64,000 bases of DNA from the human T2T-CHM13v2.0 reference genome, Homo sapiens, in NCBI RefSeq assembly GCF_009914755.1, contig NC_060928.1. The stretch is one strand, 5' to 3'. This document shows positions 1 through 16,670 of the stretch, in pieces; position 1 is the first letter of the stretch; every line of letters begins with the position of its first letter. The notes under the pieces are model-generated. The model ran no database searches and was not told the DNA's origin. It saw only the letters and a program-made list of their open reading frames with translations. The translations under genes and the position numbers were made by a program.

Positions 1-869
1 GTATCATCTGGTGGGGTATAAGAAGTCTCTTTAGATAAATAATGTTTTCAGAGCATGCCTTTTTCTTTCCTTTCCCAGGATGGTGCATACCATGGGGGAT
101 GAGGGGGTCTCTTCCCTCATACTGTGTCTGGACAGACCAGCTCCTTGGACTAGTGACTGCTGAGTGAGCCTGGTTCTGTCTGGCTTCTTGAGAAGCCACA
201 TGTGCTGACCCTACTGCTGGAGCCCATAGTCCTGATCATTTCTCCTGGCTCACTGTGGCCTCTCTTGCCACTCCCAAGTTTTTGCTGGTCCACTTGTTTC
301 CTCATAAGCTCTGGGTCCTCTCTCAGGGGCATGAGGGCTCCTTCGGTTGTGAGTAACAGGAAATATGGCCTTGGACTCATCCATTCATTGCCTTCCATCA
401 CCTCCACATCATTATTCTTCAATGGTGTTAAACATGTCCTCAAACTAAAGCCTACAACCTCCTTGCATGAGTCCTGGAGAAATTCTCATCCACTGTCTCA
501 TCCCAGTATCTTTTATCTCCCCCAGAGAGTGGATGTTTCAGAAGCATCCCAGCCTCGTCTTGAGTTTTCTTCCCTGAGCTGCTGTCTCTGACCTACTTTC
601 TTTACCACCATCTCCCCTTTTCTCCCCGTCTTGGCTCATAAGTGAATGGGGTATTTTCTCTGCACTGGGAAAGAAACTAGATCAGAGTCTTCTAAGCTTG
701 AATCTGATATGTATTGGGAGTTAAGGAAATTCAGACTGGTCTTCAAGATTACTGTCTTGATCACTAAATGTCTTTTGAATGTCAAAAACTGCATGTTCTT
801 TTCTTTGAATTCATGCTGATAATCTTAAACCTGAGACAAATAGATGTCTATGGCAGAAATTTGAGGAAA

Positions 870-1480
870 ATCAGTATATTAATGAATTTTTTTAAAATTA
901 CAAAAAATTAAAATAAAAATAGACGAATATGTTCTTATTACAAATACTCAACAACACAAACATATATAGTAAAAAGAAAAATTCTGTCTTGCCTTACACC
1001 CCATCCTACCATCATAATACCCCATCCTACCATCATACTTTCCCCTCCAGATATAACCACTATTAACAGTTTAGGGTATACCCTTCCAGATTATTTTCTA
1101 TATGTTTATATACATATGTATGTGAAAACTAAACAAAGGTGTAGTTTTGCGTCTATTTTTAGTGAAGTGACAATGACACATAGTCTTCTTTTACTTAACA
1201 ATATGTTTTGTAACTCATTCCCTATCAGTAGGTATCAGTCAACTTCACTTTTAAAAACTGATGCGCGGTAATCCATAGCATGGATGGACCATTATTTAGT
1301 CAACCATTTTCATGATGTTACATTTACATTATCTTACAAATTTTGGCTTTTATAAACGGTGACACCCTTGTTTACATCTCCTTGTACAGTAGTTCAAGCA
1401 TTGCAGATATGTTTGCTTCATAAGAACCTAATGTGGAAAGTGATGGCATTCCATATCTGTCTTTTGACCACCTGTAAACA
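870..1480 (-). mobile_element. Old L1M (L1MC/ME-like) 3' fragment, highly diverged
   Basis: Antisense L1M 3'-end-like motifs (accactattaacagttt, tagcatggatggaccattattta, catttacattatcttacaaattttggc). Boundaries approximate. Confidence 0.45.
998..1037. repeat. Short tandem duplication of accccatcctaccatcata (21-bp period)
   Basis: Two identical 19-mers at 998-1016 and 1019-1037. Confidence 0.9.
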
Positions 1481-1621
1481 TGAAAAACAATGCTGTCAGG
1501 AGCGCCGTTGCCAGAAGCTGAGCTTCTGCTTTAATTTTGGTCATTATTCTTCATTTTTACCACTTAATCAGCTCCCCTGAAATGGCAGAGTTTTCAACTT
1601 AAATTTTTCTTCTTTAAAAAC

Positions 1622-1750
1622 TTTCTTTTTTTTTAGAGACGGCATCTTGCTATGTTGCCCAGGATGGTCTTGAACTCCTGAGCTCAAGTGATCCTCCTGC
1701 CTTGGCCTCCCAGAGTGCTAGGATTACAGGATGAGCCACCACACCCAGCC
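1622..1750 (-). mobile_element. Alu left monomer (FLAM-like)
   Basis: Antisense single Alu arm with T-tract. TSD-like tcaactta(a/t)atttttct on both sides. Confidence 0.85.
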
Positions 1751-3035
1751 ATCAACTTATATTTTTCTCAATCAAAAAGTACCACAGTATAGATAGAATA
1801 AGGCAAATTCCATGTGTTAATCAGTATGGACCTGTTTTTAGTATCATTATTGCAGAGAATAAAGTTGAAACTTCCAGTGCATCATCCTCAAAACTGCAGA
1901 GTGGTCTTTTAGTGGGTGGCAGAGTCATGGCAGTGGGTTCTCTCAGTGGTGGTCATGCAGGACAGCAGCATGCCCAAGTTACCCCCATTGTGATGAAGAC
2001 ATGAAATGCTTGCTTCCCTGCACTGTACAGGGCCTCAGTGGAGAACAAGCTTGTGGCTGCAGGCACAGCACAGCTCAGGTGCCAGTTGTCTTGACACGGG
2101 TTTGTCGCTACCCAGTTTAGTGATTCACTACTGGGGAGACTTCATGCCCTCCTTTCTGCTTCCATTGCCTTTACCACCTCCGGCTAAACTATATTCTTTC
2201 TCTCCTAGGTCACTGGATAGATGGTCCCTTTGGATCACGTGCTCATCCCTGGCCCAGTCAGCTGTGATCAGAGGAGCAAGACCATGAGATAAGGCTTGAA
2301 ACCTAAGGAATTTCAAAGAGGGGGCCATGATGGGCATTCAGCGGCATCTCAGGAGGGGGCAGAGTAACCAGCAGGTGCTTTGCATGCTGGTCTGGTGTGT
2401 CTGGAAAAGGCATCCCGCTAAAACGTTTGTCAGGAAACTTCTCATCAGCATTTCCAGCATGCAGGAGCAACCAAGAGAGCCACTTAGATACCATTTGATT
2501 ATAATGTGTTTCTCAGAGAAATAAATAGCCCAAATGGAAGCACACTTCTGATTGTCAATTTTTTACAAACACCCTGGAACTCAATGACAGTTCTCGAGGA
2601 TCGATATGGTCTGGTGACAGTGAATTGATTGTTCCAGCAGAGATCTTTAATGAGATTGTTCACACTATTCAGGCACCACCATCTCCAGCAGATTACAATG
2701 ACAATGGCGGGGCCTTGTGAATATAGAAAGCAAAGCAGCCTTCCTGCTCATTTCTTTTTGAAAGCACTAACCCCTAGCAGCAAGGCCTTCTTGTTAATTA
2801 GTTGTTAATTATTGGGACAACTCGTGAAATGTTTATTAAAGAGCTGGTCCAGTGGCAAAGAAAAGAACCCAGGGCAAGAGACAGAATTGAAGGGTAATAA
2901 AAGGAACGAATACGCTTTTACACAGTTCACTGGCACCAAGGAAATTCTAGCAACTCACTCTTCTGGTGCAAGAGGAGAGGTACTGTAGAAATGCATAGCA
3001 AACAAACTAGAATGGATGAAAATGTAACAGACACA

Positions 3036-3165
3036 TAGAGCTAGAAGGAACCTCTATAATTATCTTCCCTTATTTTACAGATTGGGAAACCCAGGTAACA
3101 GTGCATAGATGAATTGCCTAAGGTTCTGCTTCTAGTTGGTGTCCTGCGAATCAGTTCAGCCCAGA
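3036..3165 (-). mobile_element. MIR fragment
   Basis: MIR core-like attttacagattgggaaac...ttgcctaagg. Confidence 0.55.
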
Positions 3166-4042
3166 GAACTCATCACTACCAGGCCCAGTTGAAGGTGAGT
3201 GGTGGGGCATTTGGCTTAGACCTCCCATTAAAAAGGGGCTCTATTCTGGTGTTTTTTCTTTACCCTCAAATGACATGTATGGTCTATGATGTATATAGTC
3301 AAAGTAACACACTTACAGGCTATGACATACATGATCAAAGCAGTAAGCCCACAGATTTAGATTGTCTTTCATGTAACTTTTAACCTATATCCCATGACTG
3401 TATAACCAGACTACACCACCTTTGAAACATTATAAATGAATACTTCAAAAACAAATTCCATTATTGTGTGAACAATTATATTGTGTCATCTACTTATTCT
3501 TTTTTTCTTTTTTTTTGCTATGAAAAGTTAATTTGTTACGTGTATATTTACAATATACCGTAGTTTCTGTTATCTTGTTTTGGCATTTAAAATTTTTTTA
3601 TCTTCTCTTCATTTTAAAAAAAATATTCTAAAATCTACAAAAATAGAAGCAGTCCAGGCTTCTCGAAACTCTCGGGGCTCTTGTTCCCTGCTCTATATGC
3701 TCTCATTGTAGCATGTCACTTTCATAAGTGATTTAAGTTGGCACAATCAGGTTGTAGCTTTGATGATGTTACATTAACATTATCTTACAACTTTTGGCTT
3801 TTATAAAGGATGACTATTTTTTTTAAAGTAGGAGATTCTGTGTTGCATATCTGTAAAGCTGTCATAGGAACCCAGAACTTTGCTACCCATCTCCTGGGAG
3901 GTGTAGACAACCTGGACACCAGTCCTGGTAAATTCTTAGGGAAGAGCAGTTAGTATTTTCGTTCTCTATACTAGCCACGCCGATTTATTTGGGTGGCTCT
4001 GAAATACGCCTTCAAGTTCATTCCTATGCACAATCATCTTTT

Positions 4043-4133
4043 AACTTAATATAGTTACTTAATATAGTTGACTTAGTACAGTAAACTTAATACAGTTAAT
4101 TTAATATAGTTTACCTGCAATATAGCAGGTAAA
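4043..4133. repeat. Degenerate 13-14 bp minisatellite (acttaatatagtt x5) ending in a small hairpin
   Basis: Five imperfect units, then tttacctgc-aatata-gcaggtaaa inverted repeat at 4110-4133. Confidence 0.8.
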
Positions 4134-4462
4134 AAAATCAGAGTAGGGGTAAAGTAAGAATATTATTAAAAGCATTTTTATTCTCCCTTGAAGAGTTGCT
4201 GTAAAATGTTATCTTTTCATTCCTGCTTTCTGCTTTCAGAAGTGATTTGGAAAGTATTGCTGGATGATGCCACTTTTATACTGAAACTATGTAGGTTCTA
4301 TGCAATCTATGATAATTGAAGAAAAAGATAGATTCTATTCCTTAGGAAACCCTTCAGTCCCTTACACTGGCCCTGTTACGTGACGCCAGGCATGCAGTCT
4401 TACCTGATGCAGCTAGTACTTCTCTCTGTCTCATTCCTCTCCCAAGTCACACTGTGTAGTCT

Positions 4463-4645
4463 CAATGGTTCTCAAACTTTAGTCTGCAAGAGATCACCTT
4501 GCAAACTGGTATAAATTGTGGAACCCAGCCTCTCTCGCAGAGATTCTGATTCATTAGATGTGGGGCAGGGCCGAGGAATCTGCATTTTTAAGAAACACTG
4601 CATTTTAGTGTTAGGCATTTTAGAAGCACCCTTGAGAAACTCTGA
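4463..4645. mobile_element. MER5A-like hAT-Charlie non-autonomous DNA transposon
   Basis: Ends caatggttctcaaa...ttgagaaactctg, internal agattctgattca...ggaatctgcattttta. Confidence 0.75.
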
Positions 4646-6029
4646 TCTGCCCGCATTTTCTTACCAGTCCCTTGACATGGATGCATGTTTTTGCATCCAT
4701 CCAAGGGACCTGGTAAGAAGCCTCTGAATTACAGTCTTTATCTGTTTATTTGGGTGACTCACTCCTGGGATCCCTGGGTAGATGCCCCCTCCTCACTCAG
4801 CCTGACTCCCAGGACCTGCCTCCACTCCCCTTGCCTCTGGCAGGGAGAAGAAAAGGAGCCTGGAGAAGGGCAGACCCCCAGCAGGATAATGCCTACCAGT
4901 GGGACCTTCCTTCTAGGCTCACTGCATTGCCTATGATTATTTTTTTAGAATAGATTTAGAAAAAACCCAGGCCAGTTGGGGCCAGTTCTGGTGATTCTGG
5001 TTTATGATCAAGTGGGAGAATTACTGTTCAGGATCAAGCTACATATAACTATAACACACATCACAGCTGGCATTCTGGCTTGGGTCATAAATGCATCCGT
5101 GGCATTAGATGCAGCGTTTCAAAAATACTCTCTGCAGTGATGGTAGATATCACAGCCAGGCTGCCCTGAATGAACTCACAGGTTGCTTACAACTTGCTCT
5201 TGTTCCAACCAGTCGGGCAGCCATTTTTATTGGCTGAGTGTCTCATTGATTCATTGGTACTCTGCTATGCCAGTTGTTAAATACTTGTACTACTGGAATT
5301 AATATATAATTTTTCTCCTGAAGGACGAAACTCCTGTGAATATCTCAATTCAGAATGTTTCTTAAAAATCTAATCTTGTGAACTAATAGTCAATCTTTGC
5401 AAATGATGTAAGTCATATGACTCACATTCTAAGTGAAAATCTACTTTAAGCCAGGTTAATATTGGTCCTACATTTATTCCAGGTATTAGCTTATATAAGC
5501 ATGAAATCTCCATGCTGTTTTTTCTACTGTTGCAAGCATTCACTTCCAAAGTATGCATAAGGTTGGAAATTTAATACTCCCAATACTCCAGCAAAAAGAT
5601 GCCTTTAACTTTCTTGGCCATATCTTTAGCTTGGTTTCCTACAGATGGTACTCTGCTGATTCATTTCCTGATGGTGCACTCAAGTTGATTGTTTTATTCT
5701 TTCGAAGAATGTTATAAATTGCAGTTTGCTTAGAGTTGAATGATGATGGGGTGGGCTGGGGTTTACAGTTGAGAAGCACCACTTTAGCTTATAATAAGAC
5801 GCATATAATTTCAATTCACGAAATAGGCTGGGGAAGTATTTATAAATAATTATATGTCTGGATGTGTTTGTATATATAGTTACATTTATTTTTAAGCATA
5901 CATAGAATTTAAATTAAATATAAAAATATTCACACATATAGTAATGCAAAAAACCACTATACCATTAAAAAATTTTTAACTTAAGTTCCAATTCTGGGGA
6001 TACAAGGAGTGGTCAATTCTCCGTTATCA

Positions 6030-7500
6030 CCACACCTGACTTATCAGTAGAACACTAGATACAACTGATACATCCTTCCTTCATTTTGCTGCCAGACATT
6101 ACTTGCAGTTGGCTTTCCTTCTGCCTCTGGGACTGCACCATCTGTTAGTCACCTTTGCTTGTTCCTTCTCTTTTGACCAACCTCTGAGCATCAGAGTGAG
6201 GAGGGTTTAATCTTTGGACCTTATATGTAGCTATACTCACTTCCTAAAATTTCAGACTTGTGTGTCCAATTACCTAGTTAACTTTCCATTTGGATGTCTA
6301 ACAAACATCTCCTGCTGAGTGTGTCCAAGGCAGAACTCTTAATTTATTACCCCTCATCCCAACCTCACCACTCCTGTTGTTTTTCCCATCATAATAAAAG
6401 GGAATTTCTTTATTCTCCTTGTTTAGGCCAAATCCTCAAAGTTATGTTTGACTGTTCTTCTTTTCTCATACTCCGTATTCAATCTGTCAGCAAATCCCAT
6501 TTTCCTTTGAAAGGGCTCTTCCTTTGAAATATAATCTGCCAACCTCACCACCTCCTTCACTTTCCTGGTCCAAGGCTCTGTAATCCCTCTACTGTATTAT
6601 TGCCATGGCCTAATTACTGGACTTCCTATCTCTCGTCTCTCTTAGACTTTTCTCAGCACAACGACCAGACTGATCCTCTTTTTTTTCTATTCTGACAGAG
6701 TCTTGCTCCGTTGCTCAGGCTGGCGCGATCTCGGCTCACTGCAAGCTCCGCCTCCCGGGTTCGCACCATTCTCCTGCCTCAGCCTCCCGAGCAGCTGGGG
6801 CTACAGGCGCCGCCACCACGCCCGGCTAATTTTTTGTATTTTTAGTAGAGACGGGGTTTCACCGTGTTAGCCAGGATGGTCTGGATCTCCTGACCTCGTG
6901 ATCCGCCCACCTCGATCCTCTTAAATTTTAAGTCCAAACATGTCACGTTTTTGCTCAAAACCCTCCAATGGTTTCCCAAATCATTCAGCACAAAAACCAA
7001 AGTCCCTCTAATTACTTATAATACTCTCCCCCAACCTACCATCCCTAACCTCATCACTAATACTCTTATACTTAATCATCTGCTACAGCCTACAATTTCC
7101 TCTGCTGTTCCTCAAACATCCCAAAGATTTTGTCACCTGAAGGTCTTTGCATGTTCTGCCTCCTCGTCCTGGAAAGCTTTTCCCCAAATACCATTTTGTC
7201 TCTGCCTTCAGATTTTTGATCAAATGTCACCTTGCTCCCAAAGTTTTCTCTGGCCATGCTATTTAAAGTACAATGCTCTGCTCCACTCCTTGCAATCTCA
7301 ATGCCTCTGTCCTGCTTTAGTTTTCCTTTGTAGCTGTTATCATCAACTGACATAGAGATTGCTTATGTATTTTGTCGTTTTCTGTCTCCTCACATTAGGA
7401 ACTAGGGTTCGTGAGAGTGGGGGTTTTGTAGGCTTTGGAAATTAGTATTTCTTTAGCAACAAGAACAGTGTATATGGCAGACACTCAATAAATCCTTGCT
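6030..7500 (+). mobile_element. L2a 3' fragment (interrupted by AluY)
   Basis: L2 motifs ccatttggatgtctaacaaacatctc, tcaaaaccctccaatggtttccca, and 3' end cactcaataaat. Confidence 0.75.
6681..6913 (-). mobile_element. AluY, 5'-truncated
   Basis: AluY diagnostics (gcaagctccgcc, caccgtgttagccaggatggt), CpG-rich. TSD gatcctctt at 6672-6680 and 6914-6922. Confidence 0.92.
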
Positions 7501-7574
7501 TTAAAAAGTAACAGTGTATCATGATAAAAATACATAGGCACATGAATGAAATATAAATACAATGGTATCCATCT

Positions 7575-8084
7575 CCAATATGTTCTCCAATGATCTTTAC
7601 CTGCTGCTAAAGAATTAGTGTAGTCCTCCTCTCCATTGTATCAGGGTTAATCTGTGTAACCAATAGATTATGTAATGTTGTGTGACCTCTGAGACTAGAT
7701 TGTAAAAAAATAGTACAGTTTCTATTTTGTTCTCTTGGATCACTGACTCTGAGGGAAGCCAGTGACAATGGGGACACTCAGCAGCCCTGTGGAGTGGGTC
7801 ATGTGGCATGTAATTAAGACTTCCATCCAGCCAATAACATTTTGCCAGCCATGTGAGTGAGTCATGCTGGAAATGGATTTGCCAGCCCCAGTAAGCTTCA
7901 AATGGTTACAGATCTGGCCAACATCTTAACTACAACTTAACGAGAGACTCCAAGCCAGGACCACCAAGATAAGCTGCTCCCAAATTCCTAACACAGACAT
8001 TGTATGAGATTAAAAAGAAGTTTATTGTTGCTCTAAGCCAGTAATTTTGACTAAATTTGTTATACAGAAATAGTAATTAATATG
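7575..8084 (+). mobile_element. MLT1F-like MaLR 5' LTR
   Basis: MLT1 motifs (ctctgagggaagccag, gccagccatgtgagtgag, aagctgctcccaaattcct), ending ...aatagtaattaatatg directly before the internal start. Confidence 0.7.
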
Positions 8085-9475
8085 GATTTTTGTACCTAAA
8101 TTTTATACCCGGAATGCTGTAACAAAAATCAAAATGTGGGAGAAGCTTTGGAATTCTTAGGATCCAGAAGAATTTTAAGGAGAACATTAAGTGAAAAACT
8201 GAAGGACTTTGAAGAGACTGATAGCAGAAACCCAATGTTCTTTGAAGAGGCTGCCATTAAGAGCTTAATGAAAAGTAAGAAAAATGTCATTGGCCATGAA
8301 AGAAAGGGAATCCTTGTTATGTAGTGGGAAAAAGTTTAGCAGTGCTGTCATCTGTGATAATATTAAAAGAAGGAAATTCACCTATTGAATTGGTGAATCT
8401 AACTAAGGAGATTTCCAGGCAGAGTATTGAAGGTGCCCCCTGGTTAAGTCTTGCTTCAAAATGTGAGTGGAGACAAATAAGCTAAAATAGTAGCTCTTAA
8501 TTTAAAGTAAAACCCAGGAATTTCTGGATTTGAAAATTTCTAGCCTTTCTGGATGTCAACTGATACTAATATATAGCAACGACTTCTGGGCAAAGATGAA
8601 ACCCTTTTTTTTTTCTCAGGGAATCATGGTATAAAGATGAAACATACAATGTGACTGTAAAATACTTTGTTGAAGATTCAGAAAGATCCAAGACAGTGTC
8701 TCCTTAGAGAATTGTTGAGTCAAACAACAGGGCTTCTAACAAGCTTAAGGGTGATATCCCTGAGCAGTCCCAGCAGAAGCCCAAGATATAGAAATGCTTA
8801 TCTCAAAAAGATTTGTAAATGTGGCCTTTGACTAATGTAGTAAGCATCAATAATATTTAAAGGAGATCCACAAAATTTTAAAAGAATAGTATTAGCAAAA
8901 CTATCTCTAGCATGAACTAAAAGAGACAAGGACAATAAAAATGAAGAGGACATTTGACCCCAAAATTTATGGGAAGGAAGAAGTGTGAAAAAACTACTGA
9001 AGTATAAACATGGGCTATCTTTCATAGAAAATGAAGGATGCCTCAAAGGGCAAAACCATGATCCCAGAAGGTGGGGGCAGGAACCATGGAGAATTATTCT
9101 CAGGACTTCACTCCCAATCAAGGAACTACCAGAACATGTGCTGACAAATTTCAGAATTGTTATGTGCCAGGGACTCCTGTGTGACTCTCTTTCTCTCCTA
9201 CATGGTTATTTTATTCCTAGGCTACCATTGTAGATTGAGTTTGTTGGAGAAGCATATAACTTATTTCTTTAGTTTGCAGGCTTTCAGATCAACAGTAACT
9301 GTGCTCAAATAATTGGACTTGAAGAGCCTCATCTGCACATGGACCTGATTTGGATAATGAGCATCTGGACTTTGAGCTGATGCTCTGATGAGATGAGAGT
9401 TTTGGAAAGCTTGAAAGGGGATGGGTATATTTTGCATGTTAGAGGGCATAAATCATTGACAGCCAGAAGGTGGAC
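8085..9475 (+). mobile_element. MLT1F-int-like MaLR internal region
   Basis: Starts gatttttgtacct (MaLR internal start). Typical internal motifs (ctaaggagatttccaggcagagtattgaagg). Ends ccagaaggtggac before the second LTR. Confidence 0.7.
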
Positions 9476-11144
<1,669 letters not shown>

Positions 11145-11447
11145 TAGCCATCTTTGAAAACAATCTACTACAAGTAGAATTTGCCCCATTCTCACCTTTT
11201 AATTAGTAGATTATCACGTCATCATAATCATCATTTTGTACTAAGACAAATTATGAAATTAAAACCAAATCACTTTAAAGAAATACTTAGCATTTTGAGG
11301 AACACATTTATGGTGAACATATCACTTTTTTCCGGCTTTGGCTTAAAGCAAGTTACATAGTTGGGATTCTATTGGATTCTTTCTTGCTCCCTGGTTCCAA
11401 AAGACACCATAGTAATACTCCATACTCTTATAGCTTTAGGCTACTTG

Positions 11448-12743
<1,296 letters not shown>

Positions 12744-14338
12744 TTTGCCTTTAATTAGAATTCTGTATTGCAGAAATTCACACACATACATATGCTCACT
12801 ATGCTGATATATGTAGAGTCCAATGAGAATAACAATAATTTCAGAAATGTCTGATTGCCAAAATCAGATACTATTTTTCTTAGACTTCAAAAATAGCGTT
12901 GCCATGATAATCTCTCTTTTCAAAGCATAGCTCTCATGCATTTTGCAAAGTTATTGGTGATCCTTAAACAATCATTAAGTAAGTGACTGAATCTAATGCT
13001 AGGTAAATATTTGTTGTTTAGAGTAAGATTGTGGAATAGAAATATCCAGCACTCATTCCCTCACATAAACATCAATTTGAGCAACCAATCATGCATGAAA
13101 ATATCTTCACAAGATCTAAGAAACCCAGCTGAGAGACTACAGCACACGGCTGAAGCACAGAAATAAGCAAAATGCATTGAAGAGGGTAGGAAGGACATTT
13201 TCACATAAACTGCACCACCCCTTCTCTAAGCCCATGCAGCACAGTGCAGAGAGAGATTCCCTCCACGTGGAGGAATAAGCATGAATAAGCACCCAATTTT
13301 TCCATGGACTCTAGCACCAGGCCTGTCTCAGTGGACTCTAATAACAGGTCAGCTCCTGCAACCCCTGGCTCTAGGCTCACCCTGAAGACCCAGGCTCTAG
13401 GACAACCCTAGCATCAGGCCAGCCCCCTGATGCAGATTTCAGCAGACCCAGAGCCCAGGCTTGCCCTAGTAGACTTTGCAACCATGCCATTTCTTACAGA
13501 CTCAAAACCAGGTTTACCCCTAAGGACCCAGGCACTAGGCCTACCTCAGCACTAAGTTGTCTTCTGCAGACCCTCAGGGCCACCCTCATGGGTCTAGTCA
13601 CTAGGCCCATTCTAGTAGGTCCCAGTGCCAGGTTGGCTCCTGTGGACCCAGGCACCAGGACAGCCCACCTGAGGACTCCAACAGCAAGCACTCCCATAGA
13701 CCCCACCAGCTGGCCTACCAAGAATTTCTGGACAGGTTAACTGGTGAAGAGTTTTTTATGCCAAAGTCAGTCTGTAAGTATTGGAAGAGATGCCTATTTC
13801 TTCAAATACATAGACACCAATACAAGGCCATAAGGATCATGGATTATCAGGGAAACATGACACCACTAAAGGAACAAAGTAAAGCACCAGTGATGTAGAA
13901 CTACAAACTACCTGACAAAGATTGCAAAATATTTATTTTTTAAAAGCTTAGTGAGCTATAAGGGAACACAAATAAATAGGTAAACAAAATCAGAAAAACA
14001 ATATATGTACATAATGAAAAGTTCAACAAAAAGATAGAAATCATTTTTTAAAGTACCAAACAAAAATCCTGGAACTGAAGAATACAATGACTGAATTAAC
14101 AAATTTCATAGACAGCTTCAACAGCAGACTCAGTTAAGCAGAAGAAAGAATTAGTGACCTGTAAAGGAGTTCATTAGAAATTATGTAGTCAAAGGAACAA
14201 AAAGAAAAAGAATAAAGATGTGTGAAGAAAGTCTATAGGACTTATGGGACACTGCCAAGTAAATCAATAAACACATTATGGTAGTCAAAAAAAGAAGCAG
14301 AGAAAGAGAAAGGGGAAGAAAGCTTATTTAAAGAAGTA

Positions 14339-14596
14339 ATGATAGAAAACTTCTCAAATCTGGAGAAGAAAACGAACCTACAAATCCATGAAGCCCAAAG
14401 AACCCCAAGTAAATTAAGCAGAAAGAGATCTTCACCAAGACACATTATAATTAAATTCTCAAAAGTCAAAGACAAGGAGAGAATTTTGAAAGCACCAGGA
14501 GAAAAGCAACTTGTTACATACAAAGGAAGCCACACACAACTATCAGCAGAAACCTTGCAAGCCAGGAGAAAGGGGGATATATACTCAAAGTCCTAA
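14339..14596 (+). pseudogene. Decayed L1 ORF1p fragment
   Basis: QIHEAQRTP, SPRHIIIKFSKVKDKERILKA, VTYKG motifs. Confidence 0.85.
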
Positions 14597-15278
14597 AAGA
14601 ACAAAAAAGCTGTCAATCAAGAATACTATATCTAGCAAAGCTATCCTTCAGCAATAAAAAAGAGATAAAGACTTTCCTATACCAACAACAACAACAACAA
14701 CAAAAACACCTGAAGGAGTTTATTATTACTACACCTACTTTACAGGAAAAGCTACAGAGAATTCTTCAAGTTAAAATAAAAGGAGACTATCACCAGGAAA
14801 AATATGAAAGAATAAAACACTGTAAAGGTAAAAAAACAAAAAAAAAGTCAAATCCAGAATATTCTAATATCATATAGGTGGTATGTAAATCACTTTTAAC
14901 TCTAGTATAAAAGTTAAAAAGCAAAAGTATTAAAAATAACAAAAGCTGCAATAATGTATTGATGAATACATAAATATCAAAGATGTAAATTGTGACTTCA
15001 AAAACAAAGTGTAGGAAGAGAAGTTAGAGTGTAGAGAGTTCTTGTATGCAGTAAAAGTTAAGTTGTTATCAACTTTAAAAAGACTGTTGTGACTATAAGA
15101 TATTTTATGCAAGCATCATGATAACCATAAAGATAAAATCTGTAATAGATGTGCAAAAAAATAAAGAAAAGGAATCAAAGCATATCACTACAAAATTTTC
15201 TCAAATCACAAGGGAAGACAGCAAGACAGGAAGAAAGCAACAAAGAAACTACAAAACAATCATAAAGGAATTAACAAA

Positions 15279-15533
15279 ATGGCAATAGTAAGTCCTTATG
15301 TATTAACAATTACTTTAAATGTAAATAAATTAAGTTCTCCAATCAAAAGACATACAGTGGCTGGACGGATTAAGAAAAAGAAAAAACAGGTTCCAACTAT
15401 ACACTGCCTACAAGAAACTCACTTTGGCTTTAAGAACACATATAGGCTGAAAGTAATGGGATGGAAAAGAATATTTCATGCAAACAGCGACCAGAAGAGA
15501 GCAGGGTGGCTATACTTACATCAGGCAAAATAG
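15279..15533 (+). pseudogene. Decayed L1 ORF2p endonuclease N-terminus
   Basis: ITLNVN, PIKRH, CLQETH, LKVMGWKRIFHAN motifs. Confidence 0.85.
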
Positions 15534-16623
15534 CCTTTAAGTCAAATGTGTCACAAGAGACAAAATGACAAAGAGGTCAATTCATCAAGAAGATACAACG
15601 ATTGTAAATATATATGCATCCAACATTGGAGAACCTAAATATACAAAGTAAATATTAACAGAACTTAGGAAGAGATAGACAGTAATACATAGTTGTAGGG
15701 GATTTCTACTTCACTTTCAATAATGGATAGATCATCCAGATAGAAAATCAATAAACAAACAGTGGACTTGAACAACCCTATAGATCAAAGGGACCTAGCA
15801 GATATACACAGAAGATTCCATCCAATAGCAACGGAATATTCACCAAGATAGTTTTTATGTTGGCCCACAAAACAAGTCTTAACAAATGTAATAAGATTAA
15901 AATCATATCGAGTATCTTTTTCAACCACAAGGGTATGAACAAGTAATCAATAACATGAGGAAAATTGGAAAATTCATAAATATGTGAAAATTAAACAACA
16001 CACTCTTAAACAACCAATGAATCAAAGAAGTAACCAAAAAGGAAATTTAAAAATATCTTGAGACCAACAAATATAGAAACATAACATACCAAAAGTTATT
16101 AGATGCAGCAAAAGAAGTTCCAAGTGGGAAGTTAATAGTAATAAATGTCTACATTAAGAAAAAAGAAAGAATAAAGATCAGATAAAAAAATAAATGAACT
16201 AGAGACCAGAAAAACAATAAAATAGATCAATAAAACTAGGAGTTTTGTGTTCTTTTAAAGATAAACAAAATTTACAGACCTTCAGCTAGACTTACTAGGA
16301 AAAAAAGAGAAGAATCAAATAAAAACAATTATAGATGAAAAATAAGGCATTACAACTGAAACCACAGAAACACACAGAATCATTAAAAAAAAAAACCTAC
16401 CACCAACAACTATATGCCAACAATTTGGATACTCTAAAATAAATAAATTCTTAGAAACATATAACTTACCAAGACTGAATTATATAGAAATAAAAAATAT
16501 GAACAGAACAATGATGAGTAAGGAGATTGTATCAGTAATCAAAAGCTCCCAAGAAAGAAAAGCCTAGGACTTGTTGTCTTCACTGGTAAATTCTACCAAA
16601 CATATGAAAAAGAATTAATGCCA

Positions 16624-16670
16624 TACAAATATATTCAGACTCTCTGGCAAAAAAAAAAAAAAAAAAAAAA
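16624..16670 (+). mobile_element. Orphan 25-nt retro-insertion with poly(A) and TSD
   Basis: tacaaatatattcagactctctggc + A22, flanked by aattaatgcca at 16613-16623 and 16669-16679, inside otherwise continuous L1 ORF2. Confidence 0.85.

Noticed and set aside
150-591. Overlapping ORFs 202..591 (+, 129 aa) and 150..443 (-, 97 aa)
   Set aside because: No recognisable domain and no supporting exon structure. The lengths are compatible with chance.
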